A stretch of 40,721 nucleotides of DNA from Candidatus Nanopelagicales bacterium (GCA_038124905.1 JAYPCW010000003.1:1-40721), one strand, 5' to 3'; counted from the first letter of the stretch, positions 27,863 through 37,108 are shown. Notes: generated by a model from the letters alone, not told the origin. Numbers and translations: made by a program.

Positions 27863-28921
27863 TTAAGAGCCTAACTCAGATTCCAATTGTGTGATCTTCG
27901 ACAAGTGCCGAGGGGCATCAGGATTCAAGCCGATCTGGGTTGCTAAGGCTTCGACCAGTAATTGAGCCTGAATTAGCGTTATAAAAACGTGGCTTAACTC
28001 GCTCCAAGTAGATTCACTATATATATAAGTATAGGGATCAGTTTGAGGGAAATCTCCAAAAATAATTGGTACCACCCCCGCCCCAAAGGCTCTTTTCGCG
28101 ATAACTTCTAACTCGCGGTTCGACCGATGACTTTGTCCATTAGTGAAAATCAGTAAATTCTCATCTTCTTCAAACAGCGCTTTGGTGCCGTGCTGAAGCT
28201 CAGCAACCGTTATTCCAATTGCATCCACATAGCAGGTTTCGCGAAATTTCAACGCAACTTCCAGAGCGATATTTTCAGTGAAGCCATTGCCGCAGGAAAT
28301 CATTGTTTTTGCATTTTTTAATTTCTCTACTGCAGCCGTTAATTCAGTTTTTTCGATTACCTTCTGGGCTAATTTAGGTAAAGTTTTTAACTCTTCTAAG
28401 GCTTTATTGTTCTCACCCAATATCGCAGCGATAAGTGTAATTGCTAAGAGTGCCGTTGAATATGACTTAGTTGCTGGTACCGCAATCTCTTTTCCAGCCA
28501 AAGTTGAAATTGCTAAATCTGCCATCTGCTCCAATGTGGAGTTTGGATTGTTTGAGATCGCAAGAGTTGCAGCACCGTTTTGCTTTGCCCACCTAAGTGC
28601 TGCAATAGTTTCTCTCGTCTCACCTGATTGTGAGACGGCAATTGCCAAGGTATTTCTTAAATCTAATTTTGATTCAAAGTCAATGGCAATTTCTATACTT
28701 TGTGGTTGAGCTTGAATATTTGCCAATTCTGCAAAAACATATTGAGAAAAATTTGCGGCATTAGCGCTAGATCCCCTGGCTAATGTAATTACTCTTTCGC
28801 AATCAGTTGATTTCCAAAGTTCTCTTATTGGAATTGATTTTTCAAGAATGCTGTTAAAAGTTTCTTCCAAGGCATTTGGTTGTTCAAGTATTTCTTTTTT
28901 CATCTGACTAATCAAAGTCAA
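27863..28921 (-). CDS. Double-SIS protein; GlmS-isomerase-like glucosamine-6-phosphate deaminase (NagB-II type)
   Basis: ARGSS, VSQSGET, AGKEIAVPATKSY, ALKFRET, ELQHG, NPDAPRHLSKIT; no glutaminase domain. Start may be TTG 28915. Confidence 0.82.
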   Translation of the reverse strand: MTLISQMKKEILEQPNALEETFNSILEKSIPIRELWKSTDCERVITLARGSSANAANFSQYVFAELANIQAQPQSIEIAIDFESKLDLRNTLAIAVSQSGETRETIAALRWAKQNGAATLAISNNPNSTLEQMADLAISTLAGKEIAVPATKSYSTALLAITLIAAILGENNKALEELKTLPKLAQKVIEKTELTAAVEKLKNAKTMISCGNGFTENIALEVALKFRETCYVDAIGITVAELQHGTKALFEEDENLLIFTNGQSHRSNRELEVIAKRAFGAGVVPIIFGDFPQTDPYTYIYSESTWSELSHVFITLIQAQLLVEALATQIGLNPDAPRHLSKITQLESELGS

Positions 28922-30032
28922 CCTCTTCGCCTAAGTGCCAAACCCTGCTTGTTAAGCCACTCTCGGATAAAAGTGCTAGGTCGGCTCTAAGCCCCTTCTT
29001 AATTTCGCCTCGGTCGGTCAGTCCTAGAGCTTTTGCAGGCGTTGATGTCGCAGCTGCAATAGCCAGCTCTGCAGGGATGCCACAATCAATAACATTTTTA
29101 ATTGATTGATCCAAACGAACTGCACTACCAGCTATAACTCCATCTTTACGCTTTGGTGGTTCATTTTTCTTTACTTCAATAACCTGATCACCAAGGTCGT
29201 AATCACCTTCAGGCATTCCCAAGGCTGTCATTGCGTCGCTAACCAAAATAGCTCTATCTGCCGCCGATTGAAAAATTAGTTTTAAAATTTCTGCGCTCAA
29301 GTGGTGCAAATCAGCAATCGTTCCTAGGTAAAGTTTCGAGTTAATTAATCCTTGCAAAGCAAGGCCGCCCTCTCGGTGATGAACTCCCGACTGAGCATTA
29401 AATATATGTGTAATCATTTGGGCACCGCTGGCAACAGCTGCTTCAGTTTGCTCACTTGTCGCCATTGAATGACCAAGGCTCACAAGCACTCCTTGTCCAA
29501 CCAAATAGGAAATCGCTCCTTGAGAATTTGCTAATTCTGGGGCAAGCGTGAGTATCTTTACCTTTTTTTCAACTAATAGTTCCTTTATTTCAGCTAAATT
29601 AATTTCTCTAATTTGCTTCTCTTCATGAGTGCCGCGAGCAGCCTTTGAGATATAGGGCCCTTCCAGGTGAACCCCTAACATATCCGAGATTCCCTTATCG
29701 CTAGCGAGTTCGATTTGAGCTAATTGTCGTAACAAGTTTTTTTGACTAGCTGTAATAAGTGTTGGAAAAAACCCAGTAACACCAGTCTTGATTATCTCTT
29801 TTCTGAATGCTTGAAAACCTTCGCTATCGGTCTGCTGAAAATCTATTCCAAATCCACCATTTATCTGCAAATCGATTAGTCCGGGAGTTAATACTCCTTC
29901 ACCATCAGCGATTCTGATGTCTGAACCACTCTCAATTTCATTTGTGACATCGACAATTCTTGGGCCTTCAATTTCAATTGTTGCTGGTGTGATTTGACCA
30001 TTTACAAAAGCGCGAGCAGCTGAGATCTTCAA
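28908..30032 (-). CDS. nagA: N-acetylglucosamine-6-phosphate deacetylase
   Basis: PGLIDLQING, HLEGPY, TLAPE, SLGHS, THIFNA, IADLHH, LVSDA. Confidence 0.92.
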   Translation of the reverse strand: MKISAARAFVNGQITPATIEIEGPRIVDVTNEIESGSDIRIADGEGVLTPGLIDLQINGGFGIDFQQTDSEGFQAFRKEIIKTGVTGFFPTLITASQKNLLRQLAQIELASDKGISDMLGVHLEGPYISKAARGTHEEKQIREINLAEIKELLVEKKVKILTLAPELANSQGAISYLVGQGVLVSLGHSMATSEQTEAAVASGAQMITHIFNAQSGVHHREGGLALQGLINSKLYLGTIADLHHLSAEILKLIFQSAADRAILVSDAMTALGMPEGDYDLGDQVIEVKKNEPPKRKDGVIAGSAVRLDQSIKNVIDCGIPAELAIAAATSTPAKALGLTDRGEIKKGLRADLALLSESGLTSRVWHLGEEVDFD

Positions 30033-30065
30033 AAGTTAGCCTGATTTTTCATGAATATGTTTATC

Positions 30066-31253
30066 TTAATCGTTCTTTAGCGGTTGGAGGCTTAAGCTGT
30101 TTTTGATTTCAAATTTCTTCAATAATGAGATAGTCGACAAGGCAAACAAAATTGCCACAAAGCCCCAGGCAACTTGATAACTGGCGAATCGATCCACTAA
30201 GAACCCAAAAAATACTGGGCTAGAAGCAATCCCCACATAAAACCCAAACAGAACTACACCTGTCGCCTGACCGGTCGCAGATTTATCGACACCGTTTATC
30301 ACCATTAACATGCCTACGCTGTTCCAACTCATAGCAGTAATGCCAAGTAACAAAGTTGCGGCCCAAATTATCCAGATATTAAAAATATTTCCATATGAAA
30401 TCAACACAATGCCAAGGGCAGCAATAACTGCCATGGTAATTAATAATTCGCGACCAATTTGAACTTTGCCTGCGAGCCAACCCCAGAAAACTCGAGCAAA
30501 GAGGGCCACTATGCCAAAAGTTCCAAATAAGGCACCTGCGGCCGACAAAGAAAAGTTTAAACTCTCTACAAAATAGAGTGGCAAATATGCAGTCAAGCAA
30601 GAGATGGCAGCACCATTAAAAAACCCGTAAATTGCAATCAAATAAACCGGTTTTGGTAATTTCCTAGTTGCAGTTTTATATTGTTCTTCGATTTTGCGCT
30701 CTGGAATAAAGATCAAACTCAGCAACAAGGCAGCCACCGGAATTAATACTGTGAGTGCTAATCCAATCCTCCAGCCAAAAATCACTACTAGCGGCGCTAA
30801 AGCGAAACCTGCTGCACTAGCTCCCAACTGAACTCCAGACTGCTTTATGCCGGTAATCGGCCCTCTAATTCGTGTTGGGATTTCATGGGCGATGACTTTA
30901 TTTGTAATTGGGTTTCCAAATGCCAAAGTGATTCCAGCAAAAGCACTGAGGGCGAGAATAAATAAATAGTTGGTGGTTACAGAGATCAGCAGTAACGAAA
31001 CTGCCACAATCATCATTGCGTAAATCGTTATTTTCCGAACGCCAATTTTGTCAACAAATCGCCCAGCTAATATCGAACCAAACCCTCCAATTACAAATGA
31101 GACGGTCGTGGCAAGCCCCAGCTCGGACCTTGAAAGTGAAAATTCTCTAATTAAATCCGGTCCTAAAACACCAAAGGCGTATCCTAAAAAAGTACTTGTT
31201 CCCATAATTAGCGTTATGCTGATGGTTATCCCACTAACAGAAATTTTTTTCAC
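30066..31253 (-). CDS. MFS transporter
   Basis: About 12 hydrophobic segments; motif A GRFVDKIGVR; RGPITGIKQSGV. Confidence 0.88.
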   Translation of the reverse strand: MKKISVSGITISITLIMGTSTFLGYAFGVLGPDLIREFSLSRSELGLATTVSFVIGGFGSILAGRFVDKIGVRKITIYAMMIVAVSLLLISVTTNYLFILALSAFAGITLAFGNPITNKVIAHEIPTRIRGPITGIKQSGVQLGASAAGFALAPLVVIFGWRIGLALTVLIPVAALLLSLIFIPERKIEEQYKTATRKLPKPVYLIAIYGFFNGAAISCLTAYLPLYFVESLNFSLSAAGALFGTFGIVALFARVFWGWLAGKVQIGRELLITMAVIAALGIVLISYGNIFNIWIIWAATLLLGITAMSWNSVGMLMVINGVDKSATGQATGVVLFGFYVGIASSPVFFGFLVDRFASYQVAWGFVAILFALSTISLLKKFEIKNSLSLQPLKND

Positions 31254-31352
31254 AAAATTACCTTTTCAGATTTGCTGTTTCGAAGTCTAAATGCTTGAGA
31301 TAAATTACTTTAATTTGGTCAGAAACATGTCTAAATGTTAAAGTTAAAGTTA

Positions 31353-32327
31353 ATGAAGAAAATCCTAATTAGCCAATATGGCGATGCTGCGAATATTGCC
31401 TTAGTTGAATCAGATATCCCAACGCCTAGCTCTAGTGAAGTCTTAGTAAGGGTAGTGGCCGCTGGAGTCAATTTTATTGACACTTATCAACGAGCGGGAG
31501 TACCCAATTACCAACTTGCTTTGCCATTTACCCCAGGCTTAGAAGGAGCTGGCATCGTCGAATCAGTCGGTGATTTAGTTATAGATTTTAAAGTCGGCGA
31601 TCGAGTTGCTTGGGCAATGTCGCTTGGAAGTTACGCTGAATATGTTTTGGTGCCTGCCGAAAAATTAGTAACTGTCCCTGACTCCATTGAATTAAAAACT
31701 GCTGCTGCAGCCATGTTACAGGGTTTGACTGCTCACTATTTAATTAGTGACTGTTTCAAAATTCTCTCTAAACAGTCTGCTTTAGTCCACGCTGGTGCCG
31801 GAGGCACCGGAAACCTTCTTTGTCAATTGCTTAGCGAAAAAGGCGTTAATGTAATAGCTACAACTTCTAGCGATGAAAAAGCCAAAATCATTTTAAATTC
31901 TGGAGTAAATAAAATAATTCGCTATGACAAAGAAAATATCTCTGAAAGAGTAAAAGATTTTACGAATGGTGAGGGTGTAGATGTTGTTTACGATGGAGTC
32001 GGGGCTGCAACATTTCAGGAAAGTTTAAAATCACTGAGGGTGCGCGGTACTTTAGTTTTATTTGGTGCAGCAAGCGGGCCAGTTCCAGCTTTTGACTTGC
32101 AAAACTTGAATTCCTTAGGCTCACTTTATGTAACTCGTCCAACCTTGGCACACTACACCAGAACTCGTGAAGAGTTGCTCGATCGAGCTAATGAGATCTT
32201 TGACGTGATTGAACATAAAGTCCTAGAGATAAAAATTCACAAAGAATATTCATTAAAGGATGCGGCACTCGCTCATCAAGACTTAGAAAGCAGAAAGACC
32301 TCTGGCAAATTGCTCTTGATTCCATGA
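31353..32327 (+). CDS. qor: NADPH:quinone oxidoreductase (zeta-crystallin/MDR family)
   Basis: AGVNFIDTYQRAG, AAAAMLQGLTAHYL, HAGAGGTG, VYDGVG, GSLYVTRPTL. ATG 31353 lies 8 nt after TAAAGT. Confidence 0.9.
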   Translation: MKKILISQYGDAANIALVESDIPTPSSSEVLVRVVAAGVNFIDTYQRAGVPNYQLALPFTPGLEGAGIVESVGDLVIDFKVGDRVAWAMSLGSYAEYVLVPAEKLVTVPDSIELKTAAAAMLQGLTAHYLISDCFKILSKQSALVHAGAGGTGNLLCQLLSEKGVNVIATTSSDEKAKIILNSGVNKIIRYDKENISERVKDFTNGEGVDVVYDGVGAATFQESLKSLRVRGTLVLFGAASGPVPAFDLQNLNSLGSLYVTRPTLAHYTRTREELLDRANEIFDVIEHKVLEIKIHKEYSLKDAALAHQDLESRKTSGKLLLIP

Positions 32328-32335
32328 ATTAATAT

Positions 32336-32740
32336 TTGAAGATGAACCTTCACCAAATTGCCAAAGATTTCTTTGAAGAAATCTGGAACCAAAAAAACGA
32401 ATCAGCCATAGATAAGTTCATCGCCGAAAATGCAGCCGGCAATGACCCAAAGTTTGGCGTAGGCCGCGAGAGCTTTCGCGCGCAATGGAAGAAGTGGCTA
32501 ATTGGGTTTCCAGACATTCACTTTGAAGTTAAAGAAATCATTGCGGAAGGTAACTCAGTAGTTTCTCGTTGGACTTTAAGCGGCACTAACACTGGTGAAT
32601 TTCGTGATAAACCCGCCACTGGCAAGAAGGTTGAAGTGGACGGGGTAAGCATTGACCGAATTGAAAACGGTCAAGTTGCTTCTGGTTTTGACGCTTGGGA
32701 TGAACTTGGCCTATTAAAACAACTCGGTTGGGTTAAATAA
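32336..32740 (+). CDS. SnoaL-like ester cyclase (NTF2 fold)
   Basis: GFPDIHFEVKEIIAEG, RWTLSGTNTGEF, PATGKKV, WDELGLLKQLG. Start may be ATG 32342. Confidence 0.87.
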   Translation: MKMNLHQIAKDFFEEIWNQKNESAIDKFIAENAAGNDPKFGVGRESFRAQWKKWLIGFPDIHFEVKEIIAEGNSVVSRWTLSGTNTGEFRDKPATGKKVEVDGVSIDRIENGQVASGFDAWDELGLLKQLGWVK

Positions 32741-32746
32741 AAATCG

Positions 32747-34207
32747 ATGAAAATCGGAATCGCCGGAGTTTGGCACGAGACTAACACTTTAGTCAGCATC
32801 AAAAGCACTAAAGAAAACTTTACCAATTTTGGCTGGTATAAAGAACAAGAGTTAATTGATGCTTTTCTGGGTACCAAGACGGTTATGGGCGGTTACCTAG
32901 ATGTTTTAAATGAAAATAATCTCAAAATCGTTCCAACCTTTGGCGCTTATGCAACACCTTCAGGGACTATAACGCTCGATACTTTTGAAGAAATCTTAGA
33001 AAAACTTTTAGCAGGATTAGTAAAAAATCTTCCTTTCGATGGATTGTTACTAGAACTTCATGGCGCGCAGGTTGTAGAAAATATTGATGACCCCGAGGCT
33101 CTTATTGTTGCGAGAGTTCGCGAAGCCATAGGTGATATCAAGTTAGCTGTGGTAACTGACTTTCATGCGAATATGTCAGAGCAAAGGCTTAAATTTGTTG
33201 ACCTTTGGACAGGGTATAGAACAAATCCACATATCGATACTTATCAAACTGGTAAGCGTTCAGCGCAATTATTACTTGAAATTCTTAAAAATGATAAAAG
33301 TTTCGATTTAGATTTTAAGTCGCTTCCTATTTTGTATTCACCGATACAGCAATCAACAAGCGATTTGCCTTTCAAATTATTTTTAAATAAAGCAAAAGAA
33401 GTTAAAGAAGAATTTGATCTGATTGATCTAATTGTGCATGGTGGTTACAGCTTTGCCGATGTAGCACACGCAGGCCTTTCCTTTACTGCTGTAAGTGAAG
33501 CAAAAGATGACCGAACAAGATTGGCTGCCCTTGAAAAAATGGCCAATTTTGCAGAAGAGCAAAAGTCAAATATCCAGCAAGAACTAATTGAAATTAATGA
33601 AGTCGTCAAAATTTTAGAGCAGGAAAGATCCTCAAGAATTGCGATAGCTGACATTGCTGACAACATCAATGGTGGATCTGCAGGTGACTCGACTAACGTC
33701 CTAGGAGAAATTTTAAAAACTGACAGAAAGATTTTGGCTACTATCTGTGATCCCCAAGCAATTGAAGCTTTAACTGGGAGTCAGGCGGGTGATGTAGTTA
33801 CGCTAAAAGTTGGTGGTTGGTCAGGCCCATTAGTTGGGGCACCCCTACAAATCACAGGCACGCTAATTTATTTAGGTGAAGGCAACTACACCCATACCGG
33901 ACGAATGTATACCGGCCAAAGCTTCACAATGGGCCGAGCGGCGGTAGTCGAAATCGAAAATGGCTCGATTTTGCTGCAGACGCTCCCTCAGCAACCAAAT
34001 GATTTGGAAATGTTTCGCTGTGTAGGAATAAATCCAGACGAATTTGATTGTTTATTGCTTAAGGGGGCTATTGCCCTTAGAGCTACCTGGGCTGAGCAAG
34101 TAGATATTTTTATTAATGCTTCTTCCTTAGGGACAACTGATTGTAATTTGAGTAGACTTCCTTTAGAAAAGTTAAAAAATAAAGTTTGGCCTTTAAAAAA
34201 TTTGTGA
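32747..34207 (+). CDS. MlrC-like M81 metallopeptidase/amidohydrolase
   Basis: HETNT, LELHGA, DFHAN, YRTNPHID, DIADNINGGSAGD. Confidence 0.85.
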   Translation: MKIGIAGVWHETNTLVSIKSTKENFTNFGWYKEQELIDAFLGTKTVMGGYLDVLNENNLKIVPTFGAYATPSGTITLDTFEEILEKLLAGLVKNLPFDGLLLELHGAQVVENIDDPEALIVARVREAIGDIKLAVVTDFHANMSEQRLKFVDLWTGYRTNPHIDTYQTGKRSAQLLLEILKNDKSFDLDFKSLPILYSPIQQSTSDLPFKLFLNKAKEVKEEFDLIDLIVHGGYSFADVAHAGLSFTAVSEAKDDRTRLAALEKMANFAEEQKSNIQQELIEINEVVKILEQERSSRIAIADIADNINGGSAGDSTNVLGEILKTDRKILATICDPQAIEALTGSQAGDVVTLKVGGWSGPLVGAPLQITGTLIYLGEGNYTHTGRMYTGQSFTMGRAAVVEIENGSILLQTLPQQPNDLEMFRCVGINPDEFDCLLLKGAIALRATWAEQVDIFINASSLGTTDCNLSRLPLEKLKNKVWPLKNL

Positions 34208-34218
34208 TACAGATCACT
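34203..34218. promoter_or_regulatory. CRP/GlxR-type binding site
   Basis: TGTGA-TACAGA-TCACT against consensus TGTGA-N6-TCACA, with AT-rich flanks. An extended -10 (TGC-TAATAT) follows at 34266-34274. Confidence 0.6.
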
Positions 34219-34285
34219 AAAAAAACTATTTCTTTTTACCCCAAAAGTTTTTAAACTTCACCGCTTGCTAATATTAGGTATCAAG

Positions 34286-34441
34286 ATGATATTCGCAATA
34301 TTTAATTTTAATGATGACATTAAGAGTATGTACGAAGACTACTCTTTAGAAAATATTTCAAAAGTTCATGAGAACTTAACAAAGAGTCAACCGATTCTTA
34401 ATACCTTTATTAGAAAATATAAATTGTCAAGGGAGGTGTAA
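34286..34441 (+). CDS. Putative small protein, 51 aa (37 aa if started at ATG 34328); may instead be a non-coding leader
   Basis: Manual translation MIFAIFNFNDDIKSMYEDYSLENISKVHENLTKSQPILNTFIRKYKLSREV*. AT-rich, no clear RBS. Confidence 0.3.
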   Translation: MIFAIFNFNDDIKSMYEDYSLENISKVHENLTKSQPILNTFIRKYKLSREV

Positions 34442-34446
34442 GTAAG

Positions 34447-34557
34447 TTGTCAGCGTTTGTAACTGTAGGTATCGTAACTGCAGTATCTGGGTATATGCGT
34501 AAAAAGTTAGAGGAATACGACAATTGGGATCTAGCTGGAGCTATCGATAAGAAGTAA
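34447..34557 (+). CDS. Putative small membrane-associated protein, 36 aa
   Basis: SD AGGGAGGT 9 nt before TTG; MSAFVTVGIVTAVSGYMRKKLEEYDNWDLAGAIDKK*; an intrinsic terminator follows. Confidence 0.6.
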   Translation: MSAFVTVGIVTAVSGYMRKKLEEYDNWDLAGAIDKK

Positions 34558-34578
34558 GGCCTAAAACTAAACTTCATG

Positions 34579-34612
34579 AACCGGGTTGAATAACTTCAAC
34601 CCGGTTTTTTTT
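34579..34612 (+). terminator. Rho-independent terminator
   Basis: AACCGGGTTGAA-TAAC-TTCAACCCGGTT perfect stem running into a T tract. Confidence 0.9.
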
Positions 34613-34656
34613 GACCATTTCTGGTGTAAGTTAGAACTACTAGAGAAGGGCTAAAA

Positions 34657-35727
34657 GTGAACAGGGCAGATCTAGACGAATTAAGAAAATTTAGAGGAAC
34701 TCCAGTTATTTCAATTCTGGCACCTACTCATAGACATGCGCCTGAAAATCAAGCAGACCCCATCTTAGTAAAGAATTTGATTAATGAAGCAAAAGCTAAA
34801 TTATTGGAATTACAAGACAAGCGTGAGGCTGCTATCACTATTGAGAACATTGACAAAGTTATTAGCGAAATTGATTGGGAAAACCTTTTAGATGGAGTCG
34901 CAATTTACGCAAATGGCAAGGGTTATTGGGCCTATGACTTACCTTTCTCTCCGCAACCAGCAGCCATAGTTGAAGAAACATTTGCCGTTCGAGAATTAGT
35001 AAGAGCCTTGAATCGTTCCTACCGATATCGAGTTTTAGCATTAAGTGAGTCACCTACTCGGTTATTTTTAGGCGATAGAGATCGTTTGGTAGAGATTAGA
35101 TCTGGCTTTCCATTGGTTCATGACGGGCCTGGTGGCAAAGAAGGGCTTCCAACCGATTACGGGCAACGCACTTCTGTGGTGCGTGATGAAAATCATCGCC
35201 AATTCTTTAGAAAAGTTGAAGAAGCACTAAAACAGGCAACTAAAAATGATCCAGCCCCGCTGTTTATTACCGGTGTCGACCGCTATATCTCTTTCTGGAA
35301 TGAGGTAGCTCCGGAATTTAAACCAGCAGCTGTAATTAATGGCAGTTTTGACTACATGAAGTCAAGTGAGTTAGCCACGCATGTTTGGCCCGAAGTAGAA
35401 AGATATTTTGCTAATCAAAGAAGTTCAATGTTGGAGCGAATTGAAAAATCAATTGCTTCTCATCATTTTGCTGGAGGAGTCAGCGAAGTATTCGAGGCGG
35501 CTAACCAATCTCGAATTGAATTATTAATCGCTCCAGAGGATTCCATGATCCCAACTTGGCTAAATGAAGAAAAAACTCAAGTAAACCAGCCGGGTAACGG
35601 CGTGGAAATTCCCGATGTCGTTGATGAAACTGTGGAGCGAGTGCTCGATTCTGGGGGCAGCATCATGTTTCTACCAGCCGCTGATCTCGAAAAATACGGA
35701 CAGATTGCCGCAATTCTTCGTTACTAA
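34657..35727 (+). CDS. Bacterial archaeo-eukaryotic release factor-like protein (baeRF3; Balon-like ribosome hibernation candidate)
   Basis: PVISILAPTHRHAPENQADPILVKNL, LDGVAIY, ETFAVRELV, YRVLALSE, and an L7Ae-like C-terminus ending IAAILRY; no GGQ. Confidence 0.82.
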   Translation: MNRADLDELRKFRGTPVISILAPTHRHAPENQADPILVKNLINEAKAKLLELQDKREAAITIENIDKVISEIDWENLLDGVAIYANGKGYWAYDLPFSPQPAAIVEETFAVRELVRALNRSYRYRVLALSESPTRLFLGDRDRLVEIRSGFPLVHDGPGGKEGLPTDYGQRTSVVRDENHRQFFRKVEEALKQATKNDPAPLFITGVDRYISFWNEVAPEFKPAAVINGSFDYMKSSELATHVWPEVERYFANQRSSMLERIEKSIASHHFAGGVSEVFEAANQSRIELLIAPEDSMIPTWLNEEKTQVNQPGNGVEIPDVVDETVERVLDSGGSIMFLPAADLEKYGQIAAILRY

Positions 35728-35787
35728 AAATTCCTAGTGGCGAACCTCCTATAACTCGATAAAGTAGAAGTTAAGGGGGTTTTCAAA

Positions 35788-36222
35788 ATGCCGTTTTGGA
35801 TGTGGCTGGCTGTTGCCGCTGCGCTACTAGTCGTTGAAATGCTCACCGTAGATCTGCTATTTGCTTCTTTAGCTCTTGCTGCAGTCGCTGCTGCGATCGC
35901 TGCTGGATTCGGCTTAGGAGGAATTAGTCAAGGTCTAGTTTTTGGAGTTTTTGCTGCCCTCTCGCTTTTTCTTTTGAGACCGATTGCGCTTCGGCATTTA
36001 AAAAAACGTCCGGCAAATTTTGCAACGAATGTTGAGGCGCTTGTCGGTGCTGAAGCTTTCACGACTAGTGAAGTAACAGAACGTGGTGGAAACGTTAAAT
36101 TAAACGGTGAGATTTGGACTGCCCGTTCAACTTCTGGAGTAATAGAAAAAGATGCCAAAGTATTTGTTTGGGCAATTGAAGGTGCAACTGCTGTTATTAA
36201 ACCCATAGGAGAAAAACCATGA
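35788..36222 (+). CDS. NfeD-like protein (short, YbbJ type)
   Basis: Hydrophobic N-terminus, OB-fold VKLNGEIWTARS; ATGA-coupled to the SPFH gene. Confidence 0.9.
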   Translation: MPFWMWLAVAAALLVVEMLTVDLLFASLALAAVAAAIAAGFGLGGISQGLVFGVFAALSLFLLRPIALRHLKKRPANFATNVEALVGAEAFTTSEVTERGGNVKLNGEIWTARSTSGVIEKDAKVFVWAIEGATAVIKPIGEKP

Positions 36223-37088
36223 ATATTTCTTTTGCGTTCTTAGCGCTTTTAGTATTAATTTTTGTCGTTGTTTTATCTCGCTCGATAAGAATCATTCCGC
36301 AAGCTAGAGCCGGGATCGTCGAAAGACTTGGGCGCTATCACCGTACGCTTGGAGCTGGACTAACAGTGATTATTCCTTTTATCGATAGATTAATACCTTT
36401 AATTGATCTTCGTGAGCGCGTAGTTTCGTTTCCACCGCAACCAGTAATTACAGAGGATAACTTAGTTGTTTCTATAGATACAGTTATCTACTTTCAAGTT
36501 ACTGATCCAAAAGCAGCAGTTTACGAAATTGAAAACTTTATACAAGGTATTGAACAGTTGACCGTAACCACTTTAAGAAACGTAGTAGGTGGCTTAGATC
36601 TAGAAGAAGTATTAACTTCAAGAGATTCTATTAACTCAGCTTTGCGAAGTGTCTTGGATGAAGCGACTGGCAAATGGGGTGTAAGGGTAAATCGCGTAGA
36701 ACTTAAAGCAATCGATCCTCCAGCTAGCGTTCAAGAATCTATGGAAAAGCAAATGCGCGCCGAGCGCGAACGTCGTGCCGTAATTTTGACTGCTGAAGGC
36801 GAAAAGCAATCGCAAATTTTAACCGCTGAAGGTGCAAGACAAGCAGAAATTTTGCGAGCAGAAGGTGATGCGCAAGCTGCAATTCTTCGCGCTGATGGTG
36901 AAGCTCAAGCAATCGAAAAAGTGTTTCAAGCCATTCATCAAGCAGATGCAGATGACCGAGTTCTCGCCTACACCTACCTGCAACAGCTACCTGAGATTGC
37001 CAATGGAAATGCCAGCAAGGTTTGGGTGATTCCATCGGAGTTAAGTGGCGCAGCCAAATTTATCTCAGAAGCATTTAAAGGTAAATAG
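36219..37088 (+). CDS. SPFH/stomatin-family membrane protein (QmcA-like)
   Basis: IVERLGRY, FPPQPVITEDN, WGVRVNRVELKAIDPP, repeated ILxAEG coiled coil. Confidence 0.93.
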   Translation: MNISFAFLALLVLIFVVVLSRSIRIIPQARAGIVERLGRYHRTLGAGLTVIIPFIDRLIPLIDLRERVVSFPPQPVITEDNLVVSIDTVIYFQVTDPKAAVYEIENFIQGIEQLTVTTLRNVVGGLDLEEVLTSRDSINSALRSVLDEATGKWGVRVNRVELKAIDPPASVQESMEKQMRAERERRAVILTAEGEKQSQILTAEGARQAEILRAEGDAQAAILRADGEAQAIEKVFQAIHQADADDRVLAYTYLQQLPEIANGNASKVWVIPSELSGAAKFISEAFKGK

Positions 37089-37108
37089 CTAAAGTAAGAT
37101 TTTGCTTC

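Noticed and set aside
30029-30052. Mini-ORF MKNQANF* overlapping the nagA TTG start
   Set aside because: Seven codons with no SD are expected by chance, although it could couple translation.
31312-31330. TGGTCAGAAACA as a DasR (dre) site for the amino-sugar cluster
   Set aside because: Too many mismatches to TGGTCTAGACCA to call.
32336-34207. SnoaL and MlrC as polyketide biosynthesis or microcystin degradation
   Set aside because: No PKS/NRPS genes and no mlrA, mlrB or mlrD. Both families are widespread with unrelated substrates.
36780-36910. Repeated ILxAEG / GCTGAAGG-like units in the SPFH gene
   Set aside because: Ordinary coiled-coil repeats of the stomatin family, not a DNA repeat array.
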